From the NCBI GenBank assembly GCA_964016885.1, contig OZ024744.1:73346001-73410000 (forward strand): a DNA stretch of 64,000 nt. Direction: 5' to 3'. The DNA comes from Eledone cirrhosa. Taxonomy: Eukaryota. The notes under the pieces were generated by a model that had not been told where the DNA came from, did not search any database, and saw only the letters and a list, made by a program, of their open reading frames with translations. Position numbers and translations under genes: made by a program. This document shows positions 13,303 through 27,500 of this stretch, one piece after another; position 1 is the first letter of the stretch, and each line of letters starts with the position of its first letter.

Positions 13303-13444
13303 AAATCTAAAATAAACATTGAAAGTTCCTAATAAACCTTTAAATTTGGAAAAAATCCAATAATATCCCCGAAATAGACTTTCTTTTCATGATACAGGGG
13401 GCCGGCCGAACCCGTGGTGCTGTCTCTTCGACGGCTGGCCCCTG

Positions 13445-13517
<73 letters not shown>

Positions 13518-13643
13518 GTAGGAGGTGAGTTTTATTGTAGTACAATAAAGCAATGCAGATATCGGATAAGAAGCACTCTACAGTTTGTAGGACTGGAGTA
13601 TACATAATATATAAGATCAAAAGATGGTTAAAAGAGTTCCATG

Positions 13644-13714
13644 TATTTTATTATGCGCATTTCAAAAACAAATATCATCATGCAATAACATTTGTGTTTT
13701 CATCAGATAAAATA
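13644..13714 (-). ncRNA. Type I hammerhead ribozyme (left arm)
   Basis: Mirror of 13770-13840. Confidence 0.88.
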
Positions 13715-13769
13715 GGATTTAAAACTGCATTATCCACAAGTGTTTTTTAACCTTCATATCATGTCTTCC

Positions 13770-13840
13770 TATTTTATCTGATGAAAACACAAATGTTATT
13801 GTATGATGATATTTGTTTTTGAAATGCGCATAATAAAATA
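13770..13840 (+). ncRNA. Type I hammerhead ribozyme (right arm)
   Basis: UAUUUUAU-CUGAUGA-AAACACAAAUGUUAU...AUGAUAUUUGUUUUU-GAAAUGCGCAUA-AUAAAAUA: 8-bp stem I, palindromic stem III AUGCGCAU. Confidence 0.9.
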
Positions 13841-13877
13841 CATGGAACTCTTTTAACCATCTTTTGATCTTATATAT

Positions 13878-13943
<66 letters not shown>

Positions 13944-13948
13944 AGGTG

Positions 13949-13989
<41 letters not shown>

Positions 13990-14745
13990 ATAGATTGCTT
14001 GTATGTTAAAGTTCGTAAATATCTTTTGAATATTTTCTAAAACAGGTGAATTTCAAACGTTCAAACGTTGACATTTTTGCCTCAGGTTAGTAGGTTAATT
14101 CCTATTGGTATAATATTGCTGAAATATATTTCGGACATGGGCTTCATGAAATTTTAATGATATATTTAGGAATTTATTTTCAAAGATGCTTTTTGCTTTT
14201 CCAATCCCAGACCATAACTTGAGATTTTATGGAGATTGGGTTACTATCTTTTGCAATTGGTGTGATACATTATTTCGGCCAGATTGACATTGCTCTTTTG
14301 AGAAATATCACATGACGACACGGGCAAATTTACTACTAAAGTAAAATGCGTCTGTTACCAGATCGAACAACAGTGAATACACAGAACAAAGCCTGTCGAT
14401 GACGGGAACTCAAGATTCATCGTAGAAATGCACATATAACTTGCATATAAAGTATGCAACTCGTGGTGTAGCTTCCTGGAGTCCCAGAAACAAATAGAAG
14501 ATTTTATAGATTTCTATCGATTCTAATCGACACAAGATGGTCAAGATTAGTCTTCAACCTATTTGTATTTATCAATGTTATGTTGTGGTATAAGCATAGC
14601 CACTGATTATGGTCACTTTTCTTGGTATCGCACTTTCTTAACTTTGTGTTTACTCTGGACGATAATGTATTAATTTCTGACCGCCTCAAAGAATTCGATT
14701 AGCATCTGATATATTGCGGCTAGAACTTCGATTCATATCCAATAT

Positions 14746-14894
<149 letters not shown>

Positions 14895-14984
14895 CATATA
14901 TATAATAAAGGAAAATTTTATCCCAATCGTTGCTTTCCTCTTATTTATAAATACACCTTATCCACCAACTACACAGCCCCTATT

Positions 14985-15096
<112 letters not shown>

Positions 15097-15561
15097 CGTG
15101 TGCGTGTGTGTATACAGAGAGAGAGGTTAGAAAGAGAATGAGTGTGGTATGTAGTAGAGTATGTGAATCCGTGTGTATATATATGAGCGTATGTAGGAAG
15201 GTGTGTGTGTGTAAGAGAAACAAGGATAAACAGAAAGATAGATAGGAAGTTAGAAAGAAAGCGAAAAAGAATTGGGGACGACCTGAGTAATGTGTGCGTC
15301 AGTGTGAATGTGTATTTGTGTGGGTGTATGTGTATTTGTGTGTGTGTGTGTATGTGTATTTGTGTGTGTCCGTGTGTGTGCGTGTATGCATGTGTGCGTT
15401 TCTGAGAGGAGGAAAGAGTGAGAGTGAGAGAGTGAAGGTAAGATTTAGTAGTTCATTATATATATATATATATATATATATACATACATGTATATATATA
15501 TATTTATATACATATACAAACATATATATATATATCTATATATACTCACACATACTCACAC

Positions 15562-15592
<31 letters not shown>

Positions 15593-15621
15593 CATATGTA
15601 TATATATAATATATATATATA

Positions 15622-15683
<62 letters not shown>

Positions 15684-15696
15684 CATACATACATAC

Positions 15697-15911
<215 letters not shown>

Positions 15912-16387
15912 GCTATAATGACTAATAATGAGAGTTAATCCAGCGAGCTGGTTAGTTGGATTAACTGACAAGATGTATGTTGGTAGGGTGGGGGAACAGC
16001 TAGGTAGGTAGGTAGGTAGGTAGGTAGGTATGTTGGTAGGGTCGGTAGACAGGTAGGTAGTTTTGGTAGGTAGATACACATCTATGTAGACAATAGACAT
16101 CCAGGTAAGGCAGGTGCGTTGAAGCTCATATATGATCATGGGATCCTCCGTCACTCTCGACAATGAGCATTCAGTTGTTCGATCAACTGAATATTCGTCT
16201 CCCATGAATTAACGTGTAATAGGTATTTAAGAGATGCCTGCACGCGTGACGTAATTCACAAGATGAATCAGCGTGAAACGTGACAAATTGAGACCTTTGA
16301 ACTTTTGATATAATCCACCGGACAGGCTACTACATACTTTCTCTTTACTTAATATCACAGAGAAGGGATGTTCGACCCCTAGCTATA

Positions 16388-16580
16388 TTAATTGTTTCTA
16401 CTTTTGGCACAAGGCCAGCAATAACCCAGTACATTACTGGTACTTTATGTTATCGACCCCGTAAGGATGAAAGGAAAAGTTAACCTCGGCGGGATTTGAA
16501 CTCAGAATGGCAAGGGCCGTAACTCTATGTGTCAAAGCATCGCGTCCGACCCTCTACCGATACTGCCAATCCACCGCCTT
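16388..16580 (-). mobile_element. SINE family 1 copy
   Basis: Full-length reverse-complement match to the consensus. Confidence 0.9.
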
Positions 16581-16849
16581 TAATAATAATAATAATATCA
16601 TAATATTCGATTCGTTTGCAATTAAACCATTTGTTTGTTATATATAGATAGATATAGATATAATTAAAATTTTGTTTAAACATAGCCGTATGCATATATG
16701 TATGTGAATGCCGTATATCTAGGGATAACGGTATGTTTAATAAATAAACACTTTGAAAGTGAAGCTACGAAAATTGAAAGGCTACGGCCAGCGCCGTCTA
16801 GCAGATTCCAGTAGAAGCAGCAAGGAATAACTGCCTGTACGTATTTCGA

Positions 16850-17470
16850 ACTTAATGTTTCTCATTGAGACAGTGATTCCCTGCTGTGCTCTGCTGGAAC
16901 TTGAAAACAGGCGAGAATGTATAGTATTTTCACCTGTGTAGGTGGGCTGATTAGCCGCATTTGTATATGAAGCTGTATAATTTGACGCAACTTATTTACA
17001 TTGGCCACTACCCTAATCAGTGATCTTCCTCGTCTCCGTACCACAAAGATATCATGTATTCCTCTTCATCTAATCTCATTCAAGAAACACTTAACCTTAA
17101 CTTAATAAAATGCAATATCTCAGATATCATACTAAACTACCTTTGTCGTTCTGATAGAAATAGCAGGCAGATCACAGTCTATCGTCTACATGCTTCTTAT
17201 ACTAGGTGTCTGCATGAATGATGGGATACCCTGTTAAATCTGAGATGATCTACGTACGAAGTACTACCAGTAATATCCCACATTGGTAAGTCCACGAAAA
17301 ACCGGCTTTTAAATGCTGTTTCAACCCTAGGTTAAAGCATTTTACTAAACATCTTCAAGCAATTCCTAAATTCAGCAAGTCAAAATTTCGTTGGGATAAC
17401 ATTGAAAACCAAGATTCCTTATTCTATGATGTATCAATATTTTAATATTTTCTACTACATTTAAACTGCA
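16850..17470 (-). pseudogene. Possible highly decayed LINE reverse transcriptase
   Basis: The minus strand shows only faint motif remnants (HVDD downstream of a degenerate PQG-like segment). Confidence 0.3.
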
Positions 17471-17497
17471 TTCACTATGTTGAAATATTATATCGTA

Positions 17498-17705
17498 TAG
17501 TGGATTGACAGTATCGGCAGGGCGTCGGATATCATGCTTTGTGGCACATATAACTACAGCTCTTTCCAGTTCTAATCCCACCGAGGTTATCTTTACCTTT
17601 CATCTTTACGAGGTCGACAAAATAATGTACCTGTGATGCACTGGGGTCAGTTTAATCGATTTTCTCCTCCTCCAAAATTGTTGACCTTTGGCCTAAATCA
17701 GAACC
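17498..17705 (+). mobile_element. Diverged SINE family 1 copy
   Basis: GTGGATTGACAGTATCGGCAG...CCGAGGTTATCTTTACCTTTCATC. Confidence 0.8.
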
Positions 17706-17776
17706 CATCCTAATTCAGCAGGTTCAAAATTGACTAGTGGCTAAACAAAAATAAAGTTGAATACAACACTGCAAAA

Positions 17777-17834
<58 letters not shown>

Positions 17835-17850
17835 GAGCGATCGACTTTCG

Positions 17851-18051
17851 TCAAATCGGACCGAGCAAACAATGTTTCCATCGGTCTTTCCAATTGCTAG
17901 TACTATCTATCGGTCGCAACTCCAGGTAGAAGGAGTAACGTGAAATAAAGTGTCTTGCTCAAGGACATAACGCATTTCCCGGTCCGGGAATCAAACTCAC
18001 AACCTCACGATTGCGAATCCAATTCTCTAACCACTCAGCCACACGCCTTCA
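17851..18051 (-). mobile_element. tRNA-derived SINE family 2; second copy at ~43038-43240 (-)
   Basis: Minus strand reads GTGGCTGAGTGGTTAGAG (A box)...GAGTTTGATTCC (B box)...GTCCTTGAGCAAGACACTTTATTTCAC. Confidence 0.8.
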
Positions 18052-18252
18052 CATATATATATATATATATATATAAACGATTTTTTTTCCAGTTGCACGG
18101 CGCATGTGCAAAAAGTCAATATCCGCAGCCGGACAATAAAACACGTCTAATAATTGAACCTGTCATATCAGATGCTTATCTTCTGTGAATGTGTGAGAAT
18201 AAAATTTCAGTAAATGAAGATTAATGATAGGAAATGTCACGCATACAACACA

Positions 18253-18404
<152 letters not shown>

Positions 18405-18479
18405 TATATATATAATATATATATATATATAAATATAATATATATATATAAATATAATATATATATATATATAAATATA

Positions 18480-18527
<48 letters not shown>

Positions 18528-18921
18528 ATTGGTGTGTGATGCTTAAAGCGCCCATAAGCGGTAGGCCTTTTGAGCACTCGATGGTCTTACAGAGCAGAGT
18601 ATGATGTCACATAAGAAACGGTGAATTAGTGTTGCGACGAATAAAATTTATTATATATTTATATATATAGGAGTCGAACCTGCCAAAATCCATCCCAACG
18701 GTCGATGACTCTGGAGTTCTGGATCTTTCGTTTGTATCTAATTTTTTCAGGATTCCTCTTTAAAAATATTGTTTTTCGTTTTGTCTTGTTTTCGTTCGTT
18801 GTATTATCTTTTCTTCGTTAATTTTATCATATATCTCTATATATTTCTCTCTCTCTCGCGCGCACTCTCTCTCTTTCTTTCTCTCTCTCTTTCTTTGTAT
18901 ATATATACATATATATATGTA

Positions 18922-18952
<31 letters not shown>

Positions 18953-19034
18953 GTGTGTGTGCGTGTGTGTGTGTCTGTGCGTGTGTGTGTGTCTGTGTGT
19001 ATGTAGGTGTGTGTGCGTACATATATATATATAT

Positions 19035-19440
19035 AATTGTTTCTACTTTTGGCACAAGGCCAGCAATTATCCCTGTACATTACTGGTACTTTATTTTATC
19101 GACCCCGTAAGCACGAAAGGCAAAGTTAATCTCGGCTGGATTTAAACTCAGACCATAAAGGGCCGTAACTCTTTGCTGCAAAGCATGGCGTCAGACCCTC
19201 TACCGATACTGCTGATGGAACGAAAGTTATATTATCTGATTTAATCATGCTACCATAAGGACATAATAAGCATGTTTCCCTTTCAGCTTATAGTTATTGT
19301 TGTTCTAGTAGTATTATCAACAATGGTTTCTGATTTAGACACAAGGCCAGCAATTTTAGGGGAGGGGAAATTCGATTAAATCGAACCAGTGCATTACTGG
19401 TACTTTATGTAGTACTGAGTTCAGCGGAATTTGAACTAAT
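19035..19440 (-). mobile_element. SINE family 1 copies (19035-19213 and partial 19325-19440)
   Basis: Match to the consensus. Confidence 0.85.
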
Positions 19441-19854
19441 TAGCAACTGTAGCAACAGCAGCAACAGTTATAAAAACGAGTCAATGAGAGCGGCTCCTAA
19501 ATCATCATTCATTCTGTTAAGAATAGCAGCCAAATGTCACTCAAAATCATGAAAGTCTATCGTTTTAATATAAGGTGACACATTGGAGGATGGTGATTTA
19601 AGATAAGTGTCTCCATAGAGGATCCCGAAAGATCCAGGGCTTCTAGAGATAAGGAGTTTTTTAATGAAGTGAAAATAAAATAACATTAAAAATTGCTATA
19701 TTTGGGGAGGGTTATGTTGTTATAATTAGCCAGAAAAAATAGTAAAACACACTCACTGTTTGGTTTGGCTCGGTTTTCACTTCAGTTTATTTTTTTAATA
19801 TTTTAATAATTAATTCAGCTGGCAATCAATGTTTATCATTGATTGACCAACAGT

Positions 19855-20500
19855 TACAAATATACATTCATCCACCTTTTAGCAAATGTACTGGGGGGCA
19901 GCACTTCTCTCTCCACCCTCACCTTCTTTTCCAGGTGAAACTTGAAGAAGTTGATGAGGGATTGGCCGAAGAGAAAAGTGTCTGTCTTCAGTCCTGTCAA
20001 TCTGGTCCACCATATAACCTCTTTTGTAACTGCTGCCAGACAGAGGAAAATTGCCTGCTCTTCCCGGCCAAAGGAAGGCGCAGGTCGATCTTCATTATGG
20101 ACTCGGCCGATAGCCGGATCCGTTCTACACATGACAATAGGTGTTCGACATAACTCCACAAGTCGGTAATGCACGGACACTGGACAAGTGTGTGCAGAAC
20201 GGTTTCGTCGCTCTGCGCGCATCTCGGGTAAGTCCGTCTGACAGCACTTCCGTGCCTGTAGAGTTTATCCCGAACCGGCAGTGCCCCCCGGTAGCACTGC
20301 CAAGCTAGAGATTTCTGAAAATTACCCATCGTCCCCGGCTCGAAAGTCCGCCGGAATAGACTGGTCAGTTCGACTTCGTCGAGGCCCAAAGCTTCTCCGA
20401 GTTCGTCATCGCACTTGCCCACCACTAATCCTCTATAGAACTCGAGAGTGGAAGTTCCACTGATCGCATTGCCTGCTTGGTAGAGAGCAGTGAGTACCTG
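19855..20500 (-). mobile_element. 3' fragment of a Tx1-clade LINE (relative of 33065-33770)
   Basis: FQKSLAWQCYRGALPVRDKLYRHG...PRCAQSDETVLHTLVQC and KEVIWWTRL closely match ORF 33065-33643. Confidence 0.85.
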
Positions 20501-20519
20501 GCAAATAATGATAATAATA

Positions 20520-20702
20520 ATTGTTTCTACTTTAGGCACAAGGCCAGCAATTACCCAGTGCATTACTGGTACTTTATTTTATCGACCCCGTAAGGATGAA
20601 AGGCAAAGTCAACCTCGGCGGGATTTGAACTCAGATCGTAAAGGGACGTAACTATGCTGGAAAGCATGGCGTCCGACCCTCTACCGATACTGCCAATCCA
20701 CA
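20520..20702 (-). mobile_element. SINE family 1 copy
   Basis: Match to the consensus. Confidence 0.9.
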
Positions 20703-21296
20703 ATAATAATGATTTCATTTATTGGCCACAAGGGCCGATATGTAGGGGACAATACAAAGACACGGACAATAAGGTCGAGTAAAAGTGCACAATGGCAAGA
20801 CTAATTTAACAATGAAAATATAAAAAATAATAATAGTAATATTAATATTAATAGTAATCTTCATAAATGAATAACAAACAATAATTAAAAAACAAACGAT
20901 TAATACAATTAATCTAATGTATTTTTCATTTAAATATTGAAATTTTACTTATTATATATTTTCGGTTTTATTATTTTTTTTATTTCTAAATTCTTTTCTA
21001 TTTTTTTTTGTCTAGTACCGTATAATCTAATACTCCTAGGCTTTCAGCTGGTTACTTTTGGGATTTTATATTTAAACAAAGATGGCTGACTTTCCTTCCA
21101 TACAGGCAATCTCAAATGAGTTTTCTTAAATGTTAGCAATCTTTTAATTATTAGAGAGAACATTTTTTCAGGTCATATAACATTTTAAACGGCACATTCA
21201 ATATCTTTTCTTTCTTTCTGTCTGCCTGCCTTTCTTTCTTTCTTTCTTTCTTTCTTTCTGTCTGCCTGCCTTTCTTTCTTTCTTTTTCTATCTATT

Positions 21297-21382
<86 letters not shown>

Positions 21383-21477
21383 TTTCTTTCTTTCTTTCTT
21401 TCTATCTATCATTCTTTCTTTCTTTTTTTCTTTCTTTCTTATTATCTCTCTATCTATCTGTCGGTCTGTCTATCTAT

Positions 21478-21705
21478 CTGTAGGTTGAAGAAGGAAGAAA
21501 GGAGCACTTGTACAACACGCTCCTGAAGTTGAGAGTTGTCCTATCGACGGAGTATTAAACAACCCATTTGTGGCGCCTCCCTCCTATTGGGGATTTCGAT
21601 TGTTATAATTGTTTGTTTTATATTTTTTTACACGATTGTATGTAAAATCCCCGACATGTCTTTGTTTTGTCCCCTTTTCTTGTGCGCCCTTGTAGCTAAT
21701 AAAGA
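21478..21705 (+). mobile_element. Solo 3' UTR of the Tx1-clade LINE, in (TCTA)n
   Basis: CTGTAGGTTGAAGAA...TTGTGCGCCCTTGT.GCTAATAAA aligns to 33766-34000. Confidence 0.85.
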
Positions 21706-21730
21706 AATATATCTATCTATTTATCTATCA

Positions 21731-21761
<31 letters not shown>

Positions 21762-22734
21762 CGCGCGCTTGCGCTTGCGCTTGTGTGCGTGTGTGTATGT
21801 ACATCTGTATGTATATATCTATTTCTCTATGCATCTATTAATGCGATATTGTTGAAAAAAGCTTTCGACATTCGGGGTTGAAATTATTACAAAATTTGTC
21901 GGTTTTCTGTTGAATTTCTCCGAATTCATCAGATGATCCTATTTTATATTGTGTGGGAATGTTAAGTTGGGAGATTGCGGGTCAGTGAAAGTCATTTTGT
22001 TTGTGCATCTTAATTGTGCCATAGCCATAGATGTGTGCAAAGTAAGTTTTACTTGTACAACAAACATAAAATATACAATTGCAAGGAATTCAGATAAATA
22101 AGCAGCGGCTATTGTCCTATCAATCAATCATGCTAAGCAATGGCAATTATCTAAGAAGAAATTGTTATCTCCTTGAAGCAAATTCTGAATAACATGAGCA
22201 AACTTAATGTCGGTTTGGTAGAGTGTAAATTCAAGTATTGCTATTTTTATTAAAAAATTTCTTTCAGAAATATAGAGATGAGGAATCTATCTAAACTAAC
22301 CAACTATAATTTGAAATTAAACGAATGCTGAATTTAATAAGATATTCCCTGGAAAGTTCTGGAATAATGAGTACTATATTACGCATGTGGCAAGAACCTA
22401 GAGCTTGGGCAATTCTCAGAAGAATTTAATATTAATAAATCTGAAATGTTAGATTTAAAATGTTAAATAAATTCACATACTTCCAGATGACTTTTTAATC
22501 TAAATACAAACACAAACACACACGCACGCCCCCCCCCAACACATACACACATACAGCACAGATACATAAAAGGACATCTGATTAAGCGATTTTACTATAA
22601 TGATCAAATAAACACACTAAGACATTTTATTGCAATTCTATTTAACATTTTCAAAATAGACAAACTTTAATATCTAATCTAACGAAGTTGAGAAATATCA
22701 CAAAACTAATTAAACTTACAGACCTGCCAAGCTA

Positions 22735-22920
22735 AAGAAAAACAAACGGGGAGTATCATGAAAAAGGTGCCCCAAAACGGGGAGAAATGAGGCAAAATGA
22801 GGAGATTTTACATAATGAAAGCTATATCCATTTTCACAAGACATGACATCCCTACCCACCCTAATGTGGGTGGGAGATCTCCCCATCCGACGAGGAGAGT
22901 TGACAGGTCTGTATATATTT

Positions 22921-22953
<33 letters not shown>

Positions 22954-23250
22954 GATACACACACACAAACACATACACACACAGACTCAGACACAGACAC
23001 ATACAGACACACAAACACACACACACACACACACACACGCATAGATATATACAAATCGGCCCACCTCTAAAAACCTAAACGGGGAGTACCGTGAAAAAAA
23101 ATGTGTCTCAAAACAAGGCGAAATGAGGCAAAATGGAGAGATTTTACAAAATGAAAGCTGTAACCATTTTCACAAGGCAGGACATCTCTCATACATCCCA
23201 AAATGGGTGGGAGATCTGTCTGTCGGACGGGGAGAGTTGGCAGGTGTCTG
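22735..23250. repeat. Diverged direct duplication of ~175 bp
   Basis: AAACGGGGAGTA...GAAATGAGGCAAAATG...GGGTGGGAGATCT...GGAGAGTTG.CAGGT occurs at ~22744-22908 and ~23076-23245. Confidence 0.85.
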
Positions 23251-23579
23251 AAGTTGAAGTTACCTGTTATAAGCAAAGTCTACCGGTCAGTTCTAACAAC
23301 TTTCAAGAGATTTTAAAAACAAATTATCCCCGTTGATGTCTAAGTGTAGCAACAATGTGTGCTATGGGGAAATGATGGCGCTCGTGATAACTGGTTATTT
23401 GTGAAATGCCCGCACCATGTCCGTCGGGCGAAATATACGTAGAGAATGAAGCTTTTCTTGTTGTTATTGCAGAAAATATGAATTAAAAAGTATTGATACA
23501 ATAAGTGCGTTTCTTTCTGATCATTTAAGGGTTCAATTTTGGATACCATGCCTTCTTTGATTCACAAGAAAAAGAAAAA

Positions 23580-23600
23580 TGTGGATAAAAGTTAAAAGGA

Positions 23601-23658
<58 letters not shown>

Positions 23659-23849
23659 ATAGGAACCAGTAAGACCCCGACGGCTGAGCTCAAGCCGTTT
23701 CGACGGCTAATTCTCAGAGAATTAGCCGTCGAAACGGCTTGAGCTCAGCCGTCGGGGTCTTACTGGTTCCTATTACCCACTCTACTACCCTAAGTATTGA
23801 GTACTTTGGTGCGTTATGGTCCACCTGGTTCCTTACCACATTTCCTTCG

Positions 23850-23881
<32 letters not shown>

Positions 23882-23902
23882 TCCTTTTAACTTTTATCCA
23901 CA
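23580..23902. mobile_element. Fold-back element containing the 3' half of a hammerhead; related copy at 47338-47472
   Basis: Perfect palindrome 23654-23778 centred on 23716, with an outer inverted repeat TGTGGATAAAAGTTAAAAGGAG/CTCCTTTTAACTTTTATCCACA. GAAACGGCU-UGAGCUC-AGCCGUC corresponds to stem III plus a GUC site. Confidence 0.8.
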
Positions 23903-24539
23903 CACACACACACACACACACACATACATATATGGGTAGAATTGGTCATTCTGCAGTTTTAATCATTACGTAGTATGAGAAAAGCACTCGACAGTATGCA
24001 GCCCATCCATCTTCAATGTTGAATCATTTTGGTGATGCGGGAACGGAGTAAATGTGCATAGTGTTTATAGTAATAAAAAGAATTAAGGAAATTCACCATA
24101 TTTGGCCTCCTGTCATTTCATTTTATTATATATATATACATATATACATACACACACACTCACACATACACACACACATATATATATATGTATGTATATA
24201 TTAGAAGTCGCTTGACATACATATTAAAAGACATATCAAACATCGACAGAGGATAATTTGTAAAGAGTGCAAGAACACATATTTACAGAGGTATCATTAA
24301 CATTTAACGAAAACTTCATATATATATTCCTGGCTATAATAATCATCATTTTCCTTCATACATATTCCATTATATAAGTAATATGTTTCACTATTTAAAA
24401 TGTGGAGCACAGATCATTAATTCCAGATCATCAGTGAAGGAAAAAGTTAACCATCTCTGCTTACACGACTAAGACATATCCAGGAGTGAAAGAGAAAACG
24501 CACATGTAATTGTGAAAAAGCATCACCCGCTGTCGTTGT

Positions 24540-27500
24540 TTTCATGGAAAAACTTCCCAGAGTCAGTCCAGCGGACTTCGCTGAGGCCCAGGATGTTAAT
24601 TTTGTAGGCCTCCATTTCTCCGATAACTTGCGCAAGTTTGGATGGTTGGTACATAGTTCTTATGTTCCAATATCCAATACGTATGGTTGTTTTTGCAGAC
24701 AGAATTCTGGTCCTCAGGATGTCGGCTTCCTCATCGAGACTTTCGCCGACACCCGTCATACAATCTTCGGTTAGAGACAACCGTCCTCCTGACTGCTTGG
24801 AATTTAAATCTGATGCACTATGAATTGTTTTCGTAGCAGGAGAGTTTTTCCGGGAACAGGTCGCTAACCTGAAGCCCAACCACTGACATTTAGTAAAGAG
24901 ACAGTAAGTGGAGTAGTCTCTGGTAGAACTGCAAACCGATGGGTTGCAGGTGTTATATCAGAGTTTTCCTTCTCCTAGAATTCTGCCTTGACAAAGGCTA
25001 AGGGGTCATCTCTCCGGGTGATTTTGGATGGCCATTGACTCTCAAGAGCTCCTTTGCCCTTTGACAGGTTTTGTTTTTAGTCCTGCAGGATGTCCAAAGT
25101 CACCCTCCTCACCAAGAAACCTTGGTGGGGTTGCCAGTTTAGTCGCCAACGACCTGACCATGATACAGGTTGTACTGGTATACATTTTACCAGTAGCACC
25201 AACTGGTGACCTGACAGAACGGGACCCACCAAGATGGAGTTGCAATCATCATGGACAGGGCTGCCAGTGGTACCCTTGAGGAGTGGACTCCTATCAACGA
25301 ACGCCTAATGACAGCAAGATTCACCACATCACATGCAAAGGTCACCATAGCTCAGTGCTATGCTCCAACCAACGAACATAACGATGATGACAAGGACGCT
25401 TTCTACCAGCAACTACAAGATGTAAACAAAACCCCACGTCATGACATCCTGATCATCATGGGAGATATGAACGCACAGATGGGGAAGCAGGGTTGGCTTT
25501 GAACATGTCCTTGGCCCCCATGCTTATGGAAACCGCACGGACAACGGGGACAGGTTTGTCCAGTTCTGTGCCATAAATATGAAAATCGGCTCGTCACTAT
25601 TTGACCACAAGAACATCCACAAGGTCACATGGGCTTCGAACGACCACAGGACCAAGACGCAAATAGACCACATTGCGATTGGCCCAAGTTGGAGAGCTCC
25701 TTGCCTGCAGGACGTCCGAGTCTACCGGGGCGCAGATGTCTGCAGTGACCACTATCTGTCTGTTACCAAATTTAAAATCAGACTGAGGAAGCAGAAGAAG
25801 AGAGCACCCACTACAAGGCGTTTTGACATTACCAAGCTGAAGAACGGTGACACAGAAGCACAGTTCGAGGCTGCTTTGAGGAACATATTTGCTGTCCTTG
25901 AGGAGTATGAACCAGGCTAGGTCAATTGGTGGGAGGAAATGAAGGAGACCATGCAAGCTGCAGGGGAAGAAATCCTGGGCTACAGGAAGTCCCTCAGAGA
26001 AGCTTGGGTCAGCGACAATACCTGGCAGCTGATTAATGAAAGGAAAGCCCTACACCAGCAGAGGCATGCCACTACCCCAGAGGCCATCAAGGTATATCAG
26101 CAGTATGTTGACAAGGACAAGGAGGTGAAACGCAGCGCCCAAAAGGACAAACGAATGTAGCTTGAGGGTAAAGCAGAAGAGGCGGAAGCAGCTGCGGCAC
26201 GCAATGACATGCGCTCTGTGTACTAAATTGCCAAGAAAATCACCGGCAGCTCTAGAGCTAACTCAGGCCCGGTGAAAGCGAAAGATGGTACGCTGCTTTC
26301 CAAGGGTGAAGAAAAGTTAGTCAGATGGGCTGAACATTTCAAGGAAGTCCTCAACTGACCGGAGCCACGTGTGCCAGCAGGCACTAAGGAACCTACTAGT
26401 TTGTTATCTATCAATACTGATGACTTCAACGAGAAGGAAGTCCCCATGGCCATCAAAACCCTTAAGAATAACAAGTCACCAGGTATGGATGGCATTTCTG
26501 CTGAAATGCTGAAGTCAGGAGGCGAAAGCATGGTCAAGTGGATGGGCCACTTATGTGGAACACGGGTGAAGTCCCAGAAGATTGAAGAAACGGAGCGGTT
26601 GTCTGTATCCCCAAGAAGGGCAACCTTGCCGATTGTGACAACTGGAGGGGAGTGACACTTCTCTCCATACCAGGGAAGGTCTATTGTCTGATGATCCTGA
26701 ACCGCATACGTGGCATGGTAGACCGGAAACTGCGAGAACAACAGGCAGGGTTCCGACCAAAACGTTCCTGTGCAGAGCAGATCTTTACGCTACGCCGCAT
26801 CATTGAGAGGTACAACGAATTCCAGAGGCCCCTCGCCATCAGCTTCATCGATTTCTCCAAAGCATTCGATAGCATTCATCGACCGTCGCTCTGGAGCATC
26901 ATGCATGAGTTTGGTCTGCCCCAGAAAGTCATTTCGGCAATCAAACAGATTTACGGAAACTCCAAGTGCTGCATACGGACAGAGGATGGTTACAGTGGCT
27001 GGTTTGAGGTGGTTACTGGTGTGCGTCAAGGTTGCTCGCTCTCTCCAATTCTCTTTGCCATAGCCATTGACTGGGTACTAAGAAGAGCGTCTAAAGACCA
27101 GGGTATATCTTGGGTGGGAGAGCAAAAGTTGTCTGACCTGGACTTTGCGGACGATATTGCTGCACTTGCAGAGAGCACAGCTGACCTGCAAATCATTGTG
27201 AACAATGTCAATGTCGAAGCAGGAAGCTTAGGTCTCAATATCAGTGCTAAGAAGACCAAAAGCATGTTATCTGGGACACACCCATCACCAACTGGTATTT
27301 TCATTGAACAGGGGGAGGTGGAGATAGTGGACAACTTCACCTACCTAGGAAGCTCCATTGACAATGGGGGCGCCATGGACAACGAATTGCAATGTAGAAT
27401 GGGAAAGGCTTCAGCAGCATTTAACCAGCTTGGCAAGATCTGGAAGAGCAGGAAGTTCACCATCAAAACAAAGATGAGATTCTACAACAGCAACGTGCTG

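Larger units (their letters stand above)
13604..13880. mobile_element. Fold-back element (~114-bp arms, ~49-bp spacer), each arm carrying a hammerhead
   Basis: 13604-13717 is the reverse complement of 13767-13880 with one mismatch seen; followed by (TA)n. Confidence 0.9.

Noticed and set aside
21858-21935. Minus-strand hammerhead-like motif
   Set aside because: The core and stem II are present, but there is a 3-nt offset before GAAA and no stem I; counted only as decayed.
24380-24440. Minus-strand CUGAUGA...GAAAC motif
   Set aside because: Stems I and II cannot be formed convincingly.
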